From NCBI GenBank assembly GCA_017399005.1, contig JAFQEO010000028.1:1-32735 (forward strand): DNA of 32,735 nt, given 5' to 3'. Below, piece after piece: positions 1-6,381 of this stretch (position 1 is the first letter of the stretch; each line of letters begins with the position of its first letter). Under the pieces are notes generated by a model. The model was not told where the DNA came from. It saw nothing but the letters and a program-made list of their open reading frames with translations, and made no database searches. This stretch comes from Peptococcaceae bacterium. Lineage in GTDB: Bacteria; Bacillota; Peptococcia; Peptococcales; Peptococcaceae. A program made the translations under genes and the position numbers.

Positions 1-1309
1 CAATATCTATGAACCGGCACCGGCTATTGGCGACAATATCAGCATTACTGCCCGCAAAATTCTGCAGGGTCGTGACTGGAAACACAGTGATGTGTTTGTC
101 ATCCAGATGGAATATGACCAGGGCAATGGCAGCTGGATTGACTACGGAAAACGGATGATTGATTATGATGTATACGATGATTCGTCTGCAAGGGTGGATT
201 TCAATGATATTATCGAAGATATGCCGTTTGATAAAGTCGGGGAATATCATTTCCGGTTAAGCGAAGTAAAACCGGAACATCCGCTGGAATATATGACGTA
301 TGATGATACGGTTTATGAATTTGCAGTTACCGTAGGCGATGAAGATATGGACGGCAGTCTTGAAATTCAGAATGTTGCAGCAGTTCTTGCTGATGAGGAA
401 GAAACAGATTTTGTAAGGGCAACAGAAGACGATTACCGGATAAATGTAGCCTTCACCAACGTTTATGATAAACCTGGTGATGACCCTGATGATCCGGATG
501 ACCCGGACGATCCAGATACTCCAGATGATCCGGATACACCGGACGACCCAATTGACTCGGATAAACCGGAAGATGATGGCGATAAACCACAGGGCGGCAA
601 AGTACCGGCAGCATTAAACGGCGATGACCATATCGCGTATGTATTCGGTTATCCGGATGGTACCGTACGTCCGCAGCGTGAAATCACCAGAGCGGAAGTG
701 GCAACCATCTTCTACCGTCTGCTGAAAGATGATGTAAGAGAGCAGTACCGCACCGATACCTGCAGCTTCAGCGATGTGAAACCGGGTGCATGGTATGATA
801 CCGAAGTGGCAACGATGGCTAATATGGGCATCATTGGCGGTTATCCGGACGGCACCTTTAAACCGGATGCACCGATTACCCGTGCGGAATTTACTGCAAT
901 GGCATCCAGATTCGATAAACAGGGCGTAACCGATGAGGTTATCTTCCAGGATATCGAAGGTCACTGGGCAGAACTGGCTATTGAATTATCCGCTAATAAC
1001 AAGTGGGTAATGGGCTATGAAGACGGAACCTTCCGTCCGGACAGAAATATCAGCCGTGCAGAAGCGATGGCAATTATGAACCGTATCCTGTGCCGTCAGC
1101 CGGAAACACTGGATGATCTGCATCCGGATATGATTCACTGGCCGGATAATGAGGATACCGGAATGTGGTATTATGTAACGGTTCAGGAGGCAACTAACGG
1201 TCATGAATATGAATGGAAAGATGAAAAACATGAAACATGGACCGAACTGAAGAATACAAAAGAGAAAGAAAGCTTCTTAGAGCGGTTCCTGAAATGGTTT
1301 AAATCGTAA
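1..1309 (+). CDS. Cell-surface protein with Asp/Pro-rich linker and three C-terminal SLH (S-layer homology) repeats. The 5' end is truncated by the window edge: the frame is open from nt 2, so the real start lies upstream.
   Basis: Three SLH-like repeats (FxDV...W...V......G...GY.DGTF.P...ITRAE). D/P-rich linker DDPDDPDDPDDPDTPDDPDTPDDP. No stop upstream in the same frame back to nt 2. Confidence 0.75.
   Translation, partial: NIYEPAPAIGDNISITARKILQGRDWKHSDVFVIQMEYDQGNGSWIDYGKRMIDYDVYDDSSARVDFNDIIEDMPFDKVGEYHFRLSEVKPEHPLEYMTYDDTVYEFAVTVGDEDMDGSLEIQNVAAVLADEEETDFVRATEDDYRINVAFTNVYDKPGDDPDDPDDPDDPDTPDDPDTPDDPIDSDKPEDDGDKPQGGKVPAALNGDDHIAYVFGYPDGTVRPQREITRAEVATIFYRLLKDDVREQYRTDTCSFSDVKPGAWYDTEVATMANMGIIGGYPDGTFKPDAPITRAEFTAMASRFDKQGVTDEVIFQDIEGHWAELAIELSANNKWVMGYEDGTFRPDRNISRAEAMAIMNRILCRQPETLDDLHPDMIHWPDNEDTGMWYYVTVQEATNGHEYEWKDEKHETWTELKNTKEKESFLERFLKWFKS
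478..552 (+). repeat. Imperfect 6/9-bp tandem repeat (gat-gac-cc(n)) encoding the (D-D/T-P)n linker of the SLH protein.
   Basis: gatgaccctgatgatccggatgacccggacgatccagatactccagatgatccggatacaccggacgaccca. Confidence 0.7.
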
Positions 1310-1343
1310 AACGGTTCTGACTGTGCAGAAGATAAAGTAAAGC

Positions 1344-1395
1344 AGCTCCGAAATGGATAGAGTATATACATACATTATCTGTTTCGGAGTTTTTC
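1344..1395 (+). terminator. Possible intrinsic terminator after the SLH gene: 8-bp stem ctccgaaa/tttcggag with a long loop, then a T-run.
   Basis: Inverted repeat 1344-1351 / 1383-1390 followed by ttttt. The loop of about 31 nt is long, so this is weak. Confidence 0.3.
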
Positions 1396-1412
1396 TGTAT
1401 CCAGATTCTCTG

Positions 1413-1440
1413 AATATCCGGCTTTTTACCGCATATACAT
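1413..1440 (+). promoter_or_regulatory. Candidate sporulation sigma-E-type promoter upstream of yqfC (AATATC ... 13 bp ... CATATACAT).
   Basis: B. subtilis yqfCD is sigma-E dependent. The sequence resembles the -35 ATATT / -10 CATACA-T consensus. Inferred only. Confidence 0.25.
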
Positions 1441-1471
1441 GGAGTGAAACCATGAACGCGGAAAGGATGCG

Positions 1472-1747
1472 GTGAGGATGGCGGAAGAAAAAACAGGGAT
1501 GCTGAGCCGATTAATGGAAATACCAAAAGATATGGTGCTGAATCTGCCTCGCGTTTCGCTGTTCGGGAATCTGCAGTGCTGTGTGGAGAATCATCAGGGC
1601 ATTTTGCAGTATACGCCGGAACAGATTGGGCTGCAGACGGGCAAATACCGTATTTATATCGATGGGCAGGAACTGGTGATTACTTCTTTGTCGGCGGAGA
1701 CGATTTACATCGAGGGAAAAATCGGGCAGGTGCGTTATGAAATTTGA
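1472..1747 (+). CDS. yqfC: Sporulation protein YqfC.
   Basis: About 90 aa. The L..IP.D...NLPR ... ENH.GIL ... YIEGKI pattern is typical of the YqfC family, and the gene sits immediately upstream of, and overlapping, the yqfD homolog. The start could instead be ATG 1478. Confidence 0.7.
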   Translation: MRMAEEKTGMLSRLMEIPKDMVLNLPRVSLFGNLQCCVENHQGILQYTPEQIGLQTGKYRIYIDGQELVITSLSAETIYIEGKIGQVRYEI

Positions 1748-2993
1748 CCAGCATCTGAACGGTATGGTAGAGCTGCGCATCCCGGCAGTCTGTACCGAAG
1801 AGATTCTGCAGCAGCTTACGGTTGTCGGCATTTCGGTGTATCAGGTAAAGCGGCGGGATGATGCGTTGTATCTGACTATCCATCTGGATGATTTCTCTGC
1901 GGTGCAGCATCTTCTGCGGGAACGCGGATGCCGCTTTCATGTACAGAGACGACACGGGATTCCTTTTGCCTTCAGCCGGCTGAAACGGCGGAGAGGTTTG
2001 TGGCTCGGGCTAGGTACAGGATTTGCCGTTTTATATCTGCTGCTTTCGTTTCTGTGGGGGTATGAGGTCAGCGGAAATGAATATTACAGCCGGGAGCATC
2101 TGATTGCTCTTGTGCAGGAATACGGCATGGTGCCCGGCGCCAGTATCGATAGATTTGACTATGATGCATTATCACAGCAGATTGTGCAGGAACATCCCGA
2201 GTTTACATGGATTCATCTGGAAGCCGAAGGCACAACACTGCATATTGCGGTAAAAGAACGGCTGATAGATTCGGAAGGGGTTCACAAAACAGGAAGTCTT
2301 GTGGCCAGAAACGATGGACGGATTACCGAGCTGCTGGTATTTCGAGGAACAGCACTTGTAAAAAAAGGGGACTGGGTCACAAAAGGGCAGATTTTAGTGG
2401 GCGGCTGGGATTATCCCGACCGGCAGCGGCAGAACAACGGTGAATTCGGCCCGGTGGGAGAACCCTTTATCGTGGAGGCTCAGGCAGTAATTTCCGGTGA
2501 ACAGGAACGACGGGCAATCGGCAGTTGTGCTCTGGAAGAACAATCGCTTGCCGCCACCGGCAGGGAGCAGAAACAGATTTCACTCCTGTGGGGAACCCAT
2601 CAGCTTATCCTGCACGGCCCGAAAACATCGCCGTATCGTTACAGCAGCCAGATTACGGAGCAGCATCATTTGTTTTCATGGAAAGGGTTTCAGTTTCCAG
2701 TAATGATAAAGATCACAGTTTTTCAGGAAAAAGAAATCCAGACGGTTACGTATACCAGGCAGGAGGCATATGACTGTGCGGTAAAACGGGCAAGAAAACG
2801 GCTTCAGGAGCAGATGCCCTCGGGCAGTCGCTTTATTCATGAGAGCATCGGCATGTATGCAGGCGAACATCAGAATGTGGTTCAGGCCGAAGTTGTGTGG
2901 CTGGTAGAGGAAACCATTGCCCGTATGGCGCTGGAACCATTACCGCCGGAAATACAGGCGGAGATGAATAATGGAGAAGAGAAATCAGGATAA
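1737..2993 (+). CDS. yqfD: Sporulation protein YqfD (stage IV sporulation membrane protein).
   Basis: 418 aa. The N-terminal region resembles B. subtilis YqfD, it has a single TM segment after about 90 aa, and its start overlaps yqfC, which is the conserved yqfC-yqfD arrangement. Confidence 0.75.
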   Translation: MKFDQHLNGMVELRIPAVCTEEILQQLTVVGISVYQVKRRDDALYLTIHLDDFSAVQHLLRERGCRFHVQRRHGIPFAFSRLKRRRGLWLGLGTGFAVLYLLLSFLWGYEVSGNEYYSREHLIALVQEYGMVPGASIDRFDYDALSQQIVQEHPEFTWIHLEAEGTTLHIAVKERLIDSEGVHKTGSLVARNDGRITELLVFRGTALVKKGDWVTKGQILVGGWDYPDRQRQNNGEFGPVGEPFIVEAQAVISGEQERRAIGSCALEEQSLAATGREQKQISLLWGTHQLILHGPKTSPYRYSSQITEQHHLFSWKGFQFPVMIKITVFQEKEIQTVTYTRQEAYDCAVKRARKRLQEQMPSGSRFIHESIGMYAGEHQNVVQAEVVWLVEETIARMALEPLPPEIQAEMNNGEEKSG

Positions 2994-3057
2994 GCCTATG
3001 TAAAAGGCTACACAACAGGATTTAATTTTTGTATTAGCAGGATTTTTTCAAATTTCA

Positions 3058-3086
3058 TTGAAGGGATTTTATAAATGGGATATAAT
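3058..3086 (+). promoter_or_regulatory. Sigma-A type promoter for the MNT-HEPN operon: TTGAAG, 17 bp, TATAAT.
   Basis: TTGAAG at 3058-3063 and TATAAT at 3081-3086 with exactly 17-bp spacing, about 45 nt upstream of the ATG at 3130. Confidence 0.55.
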
Positions 3087-3129
3087 ATATATACAGAAGC
3101 ATGAATTTACAAAAAAGGGGTGGGGAACG

Positions 3130-3465
3130 ATGACAGATGAGATGATTCGTATGGTTGTAAAGAAATATGCGGATGCGGCGCAGCAGATTTTGGGTTCGCA
3201 GCTGTATGCGGTGATTCTGTTTGGTTCCTGCGCCCGCGGAGATTATGATAGTGAAAGTGATATTGATTTGCTGGTTCTTTTGCATGCGGCTCCAGAGGAA
3301 ATTCCGGTTTTGCGAAGAAAAATGCGACCGGTGGCCGACAGTCTGGATCTGGAATATGATTGTGTGATATCAACTGTATTTCAGAGTAAACAGGTGTTTG
3401 ATACTCACAAACCGGTATCTGTATTTTATCAGACAGTAGAACGGGAGGGAAAGCGTATTGGATGA
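3130..3465 (+). CDS. Minimal nucleotidyltransferase (MNT), the antitoxin-type component of an MNT-HEPN pair.
   Basis: GSxARGDxxxxSDIDLLV polymerase-beta-type NTase motif (LFGSCARGDYDSESDIDLLVLL). RBS-like aaaaggggtgggg lies before ATG 3130; the upstream part of the listed 3058 ORF overlaps the promoter. The gene overlaps the downstream gene by 8 nt. Confidence 0.7.
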   Translation: MTDEMIRMVVKKYADAAQQILGSQLYAVILFGSCARGDYDSESDIDLLVLLHAAPEEIPVLRRKMRPVADSLDLEYDCVISTVFQSKQVFDTHKPVSVFYQTVEREGKRIG

Positions 3466-3868
3466 TGTGAAGAATCTAAAGTCCGAATATGCCCGTTACC
3501 GGCTGGAAAAAGCGAAGGAAGAGTATGAAGCGGCACTGGTTTTGCTGGAGAATGAACATTATAGAGCGGCTAATAACCGAGCCTATTATTCTGTTTTTCA
3601 TGCTATGCGCGCAGTGCTGGTGTTTGATGGTTATGACAGCAAAAAACATAGCGGGATTATCAGCGAGTTTCGAAAAAAATATATTAAATCCGGCATTTTT
3701 CCGGAATCTCTTTCTAATATTATCGGGAATGCATCTGAAATTCGTAATGCCTCGGACTATGATGATATGTTTATCGCCAGCAAAAGCGAAACCGTTGAGC
3801 AGATTGAAAATGCAAAGGTGTTTCTCCGATATATTGAAAAGTATGTGGAAGAAAAATTGCGTGACTAG
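3458..3868 (+). CDS. HEPN domain protein, the toxin-type partner of the MNT.
   Basis: All-alpha 136-aa protein with AYYSVFHAMRAVL and a C-terminal EIRNASDYDD segment typical of HEPN proteins paired with MNT. Translationally coupled by ATG/TGA overlap with the NTase gene. Confidence 0.65.
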   Translation: MDDVKNLKSEYARYRLEKAKEEYEAALVLLENEHYRAANNRAYYSVFHAMRAVLVFDGYDSKKHSGIISEFRKKYIKSGIFPESLSNIIGNASEIRNASDYDDMFIASKSETVEQIENAKVFLRYIEKYVEEKLRD

Positions 3869-3879
3869 AGCTTAACGCT

Positions 3880-3945
3880 ATGGTGCTGGAACCTCTTCCG
3901 CCGGAAAGACAGGCGGAGATGAAAGCAGAAGAAAATGAAGATTGA
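3880..3945 (+). pseudogene. Relic second copy of the yqfD 3' end (last about 21 codons: MVLEPLPPERQAEMKAEENED*), displaced by the MNT-HEPN insertion.
   Basis: Nucleotides 3876-3920 match 2925-2969 at about 89% (40/45). The encoded peptide AMVLEPLPPERQAEM parallels the yqfD C-terminus ARMALEPLPPEIQAEM. There is no upstream coding context. Confidence 0.6.
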
Positions 3946-3962
3946 AAATTGCATAGAAATAG

Positions 3963-4017
3963 AAAAATGGATAAGTGTGTGCAGGAGTGATTCTGCATCA
4001 TACTTATCCATTTTTTG
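3963..4017. terminator. Bidirectional intrinsic terminator between the HEPN gene (+) and the histidine kinase gene (-).
   Basis: 10-bp stem atggataagt/acttatccat (3968-3977 / 4002-4011) flanked by an A-run on the left and tttttt on the right. Confidence 0.6.
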
Positions 4018-4031
4018 TTTGGATTGGGTTA

Positions 4032-5324
4032 TTATCTGCTTAACGGGATAACCGCCTGCAGTTTGAAGCGGTTCTGTTCCGATGTAAACAGAATATTTCC
4101 TTTGTGTTCGTGAACAATAGCGGCCATGCTCTGTACCCCGTAGCCGTGGCCAGGCGCAGTGTTCTGCGGCAGCCCGTCTTTAATGACAACCGGATATGGG
4201 CAGGTATTTTCTACGGAAATCAGAAGTTTGTCACGGAATACTTTTAATTCAACAGCGATGACCCGCTCTTGCGGAGGAAGTGCCTCCACTGCATGGATTG
4301 CATTTTCAAGGCTGTTGGAAAGCAGAACACAAAGTTCGGTATCCTGCAGCGGGAGCTGCTCCGGAAAGCGGATATCAATAAGAAACCGACAGTCTAGTTT
4401 ATCTGCCATTGCTGAAAAATGCGAGCAAATCAGATTAACGGATTCATTTTTGCAGTATTTTTCCGGAGTAATGGCATTGATGCTTTCCTCGGTTTCATCG
4501 AGATATTTTAGAGCTTGCGCAAGATTGTCCTCCAGCAGATATCCTTTGAGCAATGACAGATGATGCCGCATATCGTGCCGTGTTTTTGCAGTTTCCTGCT
4601 GAATATACTGCAGCGATGAAAGCTGTATATGTGCCTGATTCATCTGAGCGGCAAGTAAGTCACGCTCCATTTTCATTTCTGCCTGTTTCTTTGATTCATG
4701 CTGATAAGCCGTAACCGTCAGAAAATATACGATACAGGAAACCGCTGGCATAAACTGCACCACAAGCCAGTTGCCCTGATACAGCAAATCGGTATATACG
4801 GTAGTTGCATAATCAAACACATAATAAATTAGAGGCAGTGTCATATAGGCCAGCAGTGTTTTTTGCGATGTGTGCAGCAACTCGCGGGAGGCAGATGCTA
4901 GGAATCGCATAAAGATATAGAAAAACAGTGCAATGCACACAGCATAGAATAAAAATTCCAGCATAGCTGCGTAAGGAGTTCCAGTAAACGGCTGTGCCAG
5001 AAACCGACTGACCCAGTTTGGCGGCTGGCAGCAAAAATAAGCAGAAAGTACCGAGGTGAGAGCAACCAGCCAGTGTTTTCTGAAAAAGAATGCCAGAAAC
5101 AGAATCAGCGGTATATGCACCATAAACGGGTAAATCTGCCGGCCAAGTGTTTCACCGGCAGCCAGATAACCGACCGACTGAAGAATTACCACCAGCAGCG
5201 AGAATATTGCTGCTGTAATTCTGTTCCGGCGAGTGTTCAGCACATCTGCAATCTGATAGGTGGGCAAAAGACCAAACAGGAGCGACAACAGATAACGCAG
5301 ATTGTTAAAAATCAGTTCATACAT
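4032..5324 (-). CDS. Membrane sensor histidine kinase of the AgrC/ComD/VirS-like (HPK10, GHKL) family.
   Basis: N-terminal half has about 6-7 hydrophobic TM segments. H-box-like RHDMRHHLSLL. C-terminal GHKL ATPase ending GHGYGVQSM. Overlaps the upstream LytTR regulator gene by 8 nt. Confidence 0.75.
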   Translation of the reverse strand: MYELIFNNLRYLLSLLFGLLPTYQIADVLNTRRNRITAAIFSLLVVILQSVGYLAAGETLGRQIYPFMVHIPLILFLAFFFRKHWLVALTSVLSAYFCCQPPNWVSRFLAQPFTGTPYAAMLEFLFYAVCIALFFYIFMRFLASASRELLHTSQKTLLAYMTLPLIYYVFDYATTVYTDLLYQGNWLVVQFMPAVSCIVYFLTVTAYQHESKKQAEMKMERDLLAAQMNQAHIQLSSLQYIQQETAKTRHDMRHHLSLLKGYLLEDNLAQALKYLDETEESINAITPEKYCKNESVNLICSHFSAMADKLDCRFLIDIRFPEQLPLQDTELCVLLSNSLENAIHAVEALPPQERVIAVELKVFRDKLLISVENTCPYPVVIKDGLPQNTAPGHGYGVQSMAAIVHEHKGNILFTSEQNRFKLQAVIPLSR

Positions 5325-6046
5325 GTTGTGCCTCCTTTGCCGAGCCGAAAATATAGTTTATATATTCGGTGCGGATATCGGGATACAGGCGTTTGGAAAT
5401 GGGTACTGTTTTTCCGGTGCCGGTAATAAATTCCCCGGGGTTCAGCGCCTGAACATTTTGCATATTTATCAGGTAGGAACGATGCACTTTCAGAAACTCA
5501 CGCCGGTTCAGCAATAACGGTTCATATTCGTTCATTGGAGCTGTGATGGCATACTGTGTGCCGTCGGTCAAATGAAAATGCAAAATCTTACGGGTAATTT
5601 CTACATAATTCAATTTTTGAAAACGGAATAGAAAAAATATGCTGCGGCGTTTTTATGTGCAGCACTTCCGCCGGTTTTGCAAAATCATCGAGCAGACGAT
5701 TTAATATCGGGTACAGTTTATCAGCCGATAACGGTTTCAGCAGATAATAAAAGGCATTTACGGCGTAGCTGTCTACCGCATACTCCGGCGAAGAGGAAAG
5801 AAATACAATTTTAATATTTTTATTCTGCTGCCGTATCTCACTGGCCAGTTCGATGCCGTTTAACCCCGGCATAAGGATATCCAGCAGCAGAACCTGATAA
5901 TCATGTTCCGGCATACTGCACAGCAGCTCCGTTGCGCTGGAGTAGCAGTCATAAGTTACAAACGGATGGCTGATACAGTATGCATCCAGTAAAGCAGAAA
6001 GCGTGTGTAAATCCTGTATCGTATCGTCACAAATTGCAATACGCAT
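5317..6046 (-). pseudogene. LytTR-family response regulator (receiver plus LytTR DNA-binding domain) split by a +1 frameshift.
   Basis: The receiver ORF (MRIAICDD...LLLDILMPGLNGIE...) ends at 5588. The LytTR-domain ORF (YVEITRKILHFHLTDG...KTVPISKRLYPDIRTEY) runs 5317-5613 in another frame. The shift maps to the T5 run at plus-strand 5614-5618; removing one T gives a continuous ...PFSKLNYVEITRK... protein. I propose the true start at ATG 6046 (minus), preceded by a gggaggg RBS. Confidence 0.6.
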
Positions 6047-6078
6047 AACCATCCCTCCCGTTATAAAATATAAAAAAG

Positions 6079-6110
6079 TTATCTGTAACATTCTGATAGT
6101 ATCTGTTAGA
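6079..6110 (-). promoter_or_regulatory. AgrA/LytTR-like direct-repeat box pair just upstream of the response-regulator/kinase operon: (A/T)ACAGATA ... 12 bp ... TACAGATA, read on the minus strand.
   Basis: The minus strand reads ctAACAGATActatcagaatgtTACAGATAa: two 9-bp repeats with centres 20-21 bp apart, 35-65 bp upstream of the regulator ATG. This resembles the AgrA ACAGTTAAG boxes with a 12-bp spacer. Confidence 0.45.
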
Positions 6111-6157
6111 TTAAGTTTACTTCATTTTCTGCTATCTTGCAATGAAAACAGGGAGCC

Positions 6158-6212
6158 TTTTGTACCGCAAAACCGACCGTTTGTACCCGCAAACGGTTAT
6201 CCCTCCGATTTT
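6158..6212 (+). promoter_or_regulatory. Second pair of 21-bp-phased direct repeats (TTTGTACCGCAAAACCG / TTTGTACCCGCAAACGG) immediately upstream of a TATAAT -10 (6207-6212); candidate regulated promoter of the large surface-protein gene.
   Basis: The repeats start at 6159 and 6180 (offset 21 bp), and TATAAT starts 11 bp after the second repeat. The gene ATG is at 6382, so the 5' UTR is about 160 nt. Confidence 0.45.
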
Positions 6213-6381
6213 TCGGTATAATGATTTTGAATAGGTATGTATATTCAAATATGTCCCTGGAGAGGGACAAAATAAATACTACACGGCAGCACAGGGAGAG
6301 GATATCAGAACAGATAAAAACAGAAAGTGGCACTACACACTTTGCAAAGAAGAATAAAATAAAAATTTAGGAGGAAAACAA

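Noticed and set aside
29-48. 14-nt exact match gcgacaatatcagc shared with 14829-14842
   Set aside because: A handful of 14-mer coincidences are expected by chance in a 32.7-kb window. There is no extended similarity around it, and one copy is coding while the other is not.
3058-3129. Upstream extension of the NTase ORF to 3058
   Set aside because: This stretch coincides with the TTGAAG-17-TATAAT promoter. The RBS-like sequence precedes ATG 3130.
3489-3875. Alternative-frame 128-aa ORF overlapping the HEPN gene
   Set aside because: It lies wholly inside the HEPN gene in another frame. The HEPN frame carries the conserved motifs and the translational coupling.
6106-6333. 75-aa minus-strand ORF in the regulator / surface-protein intergenic region
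   Set aside because: It overlaps the putative promoter and direct repeats, has no RBS, and gives a hydrophobic/Cys-rich translation without features. It is more likely non-coding regulatory DNA, though it is kept in mind as a place to look for a cryptic peptide gene.
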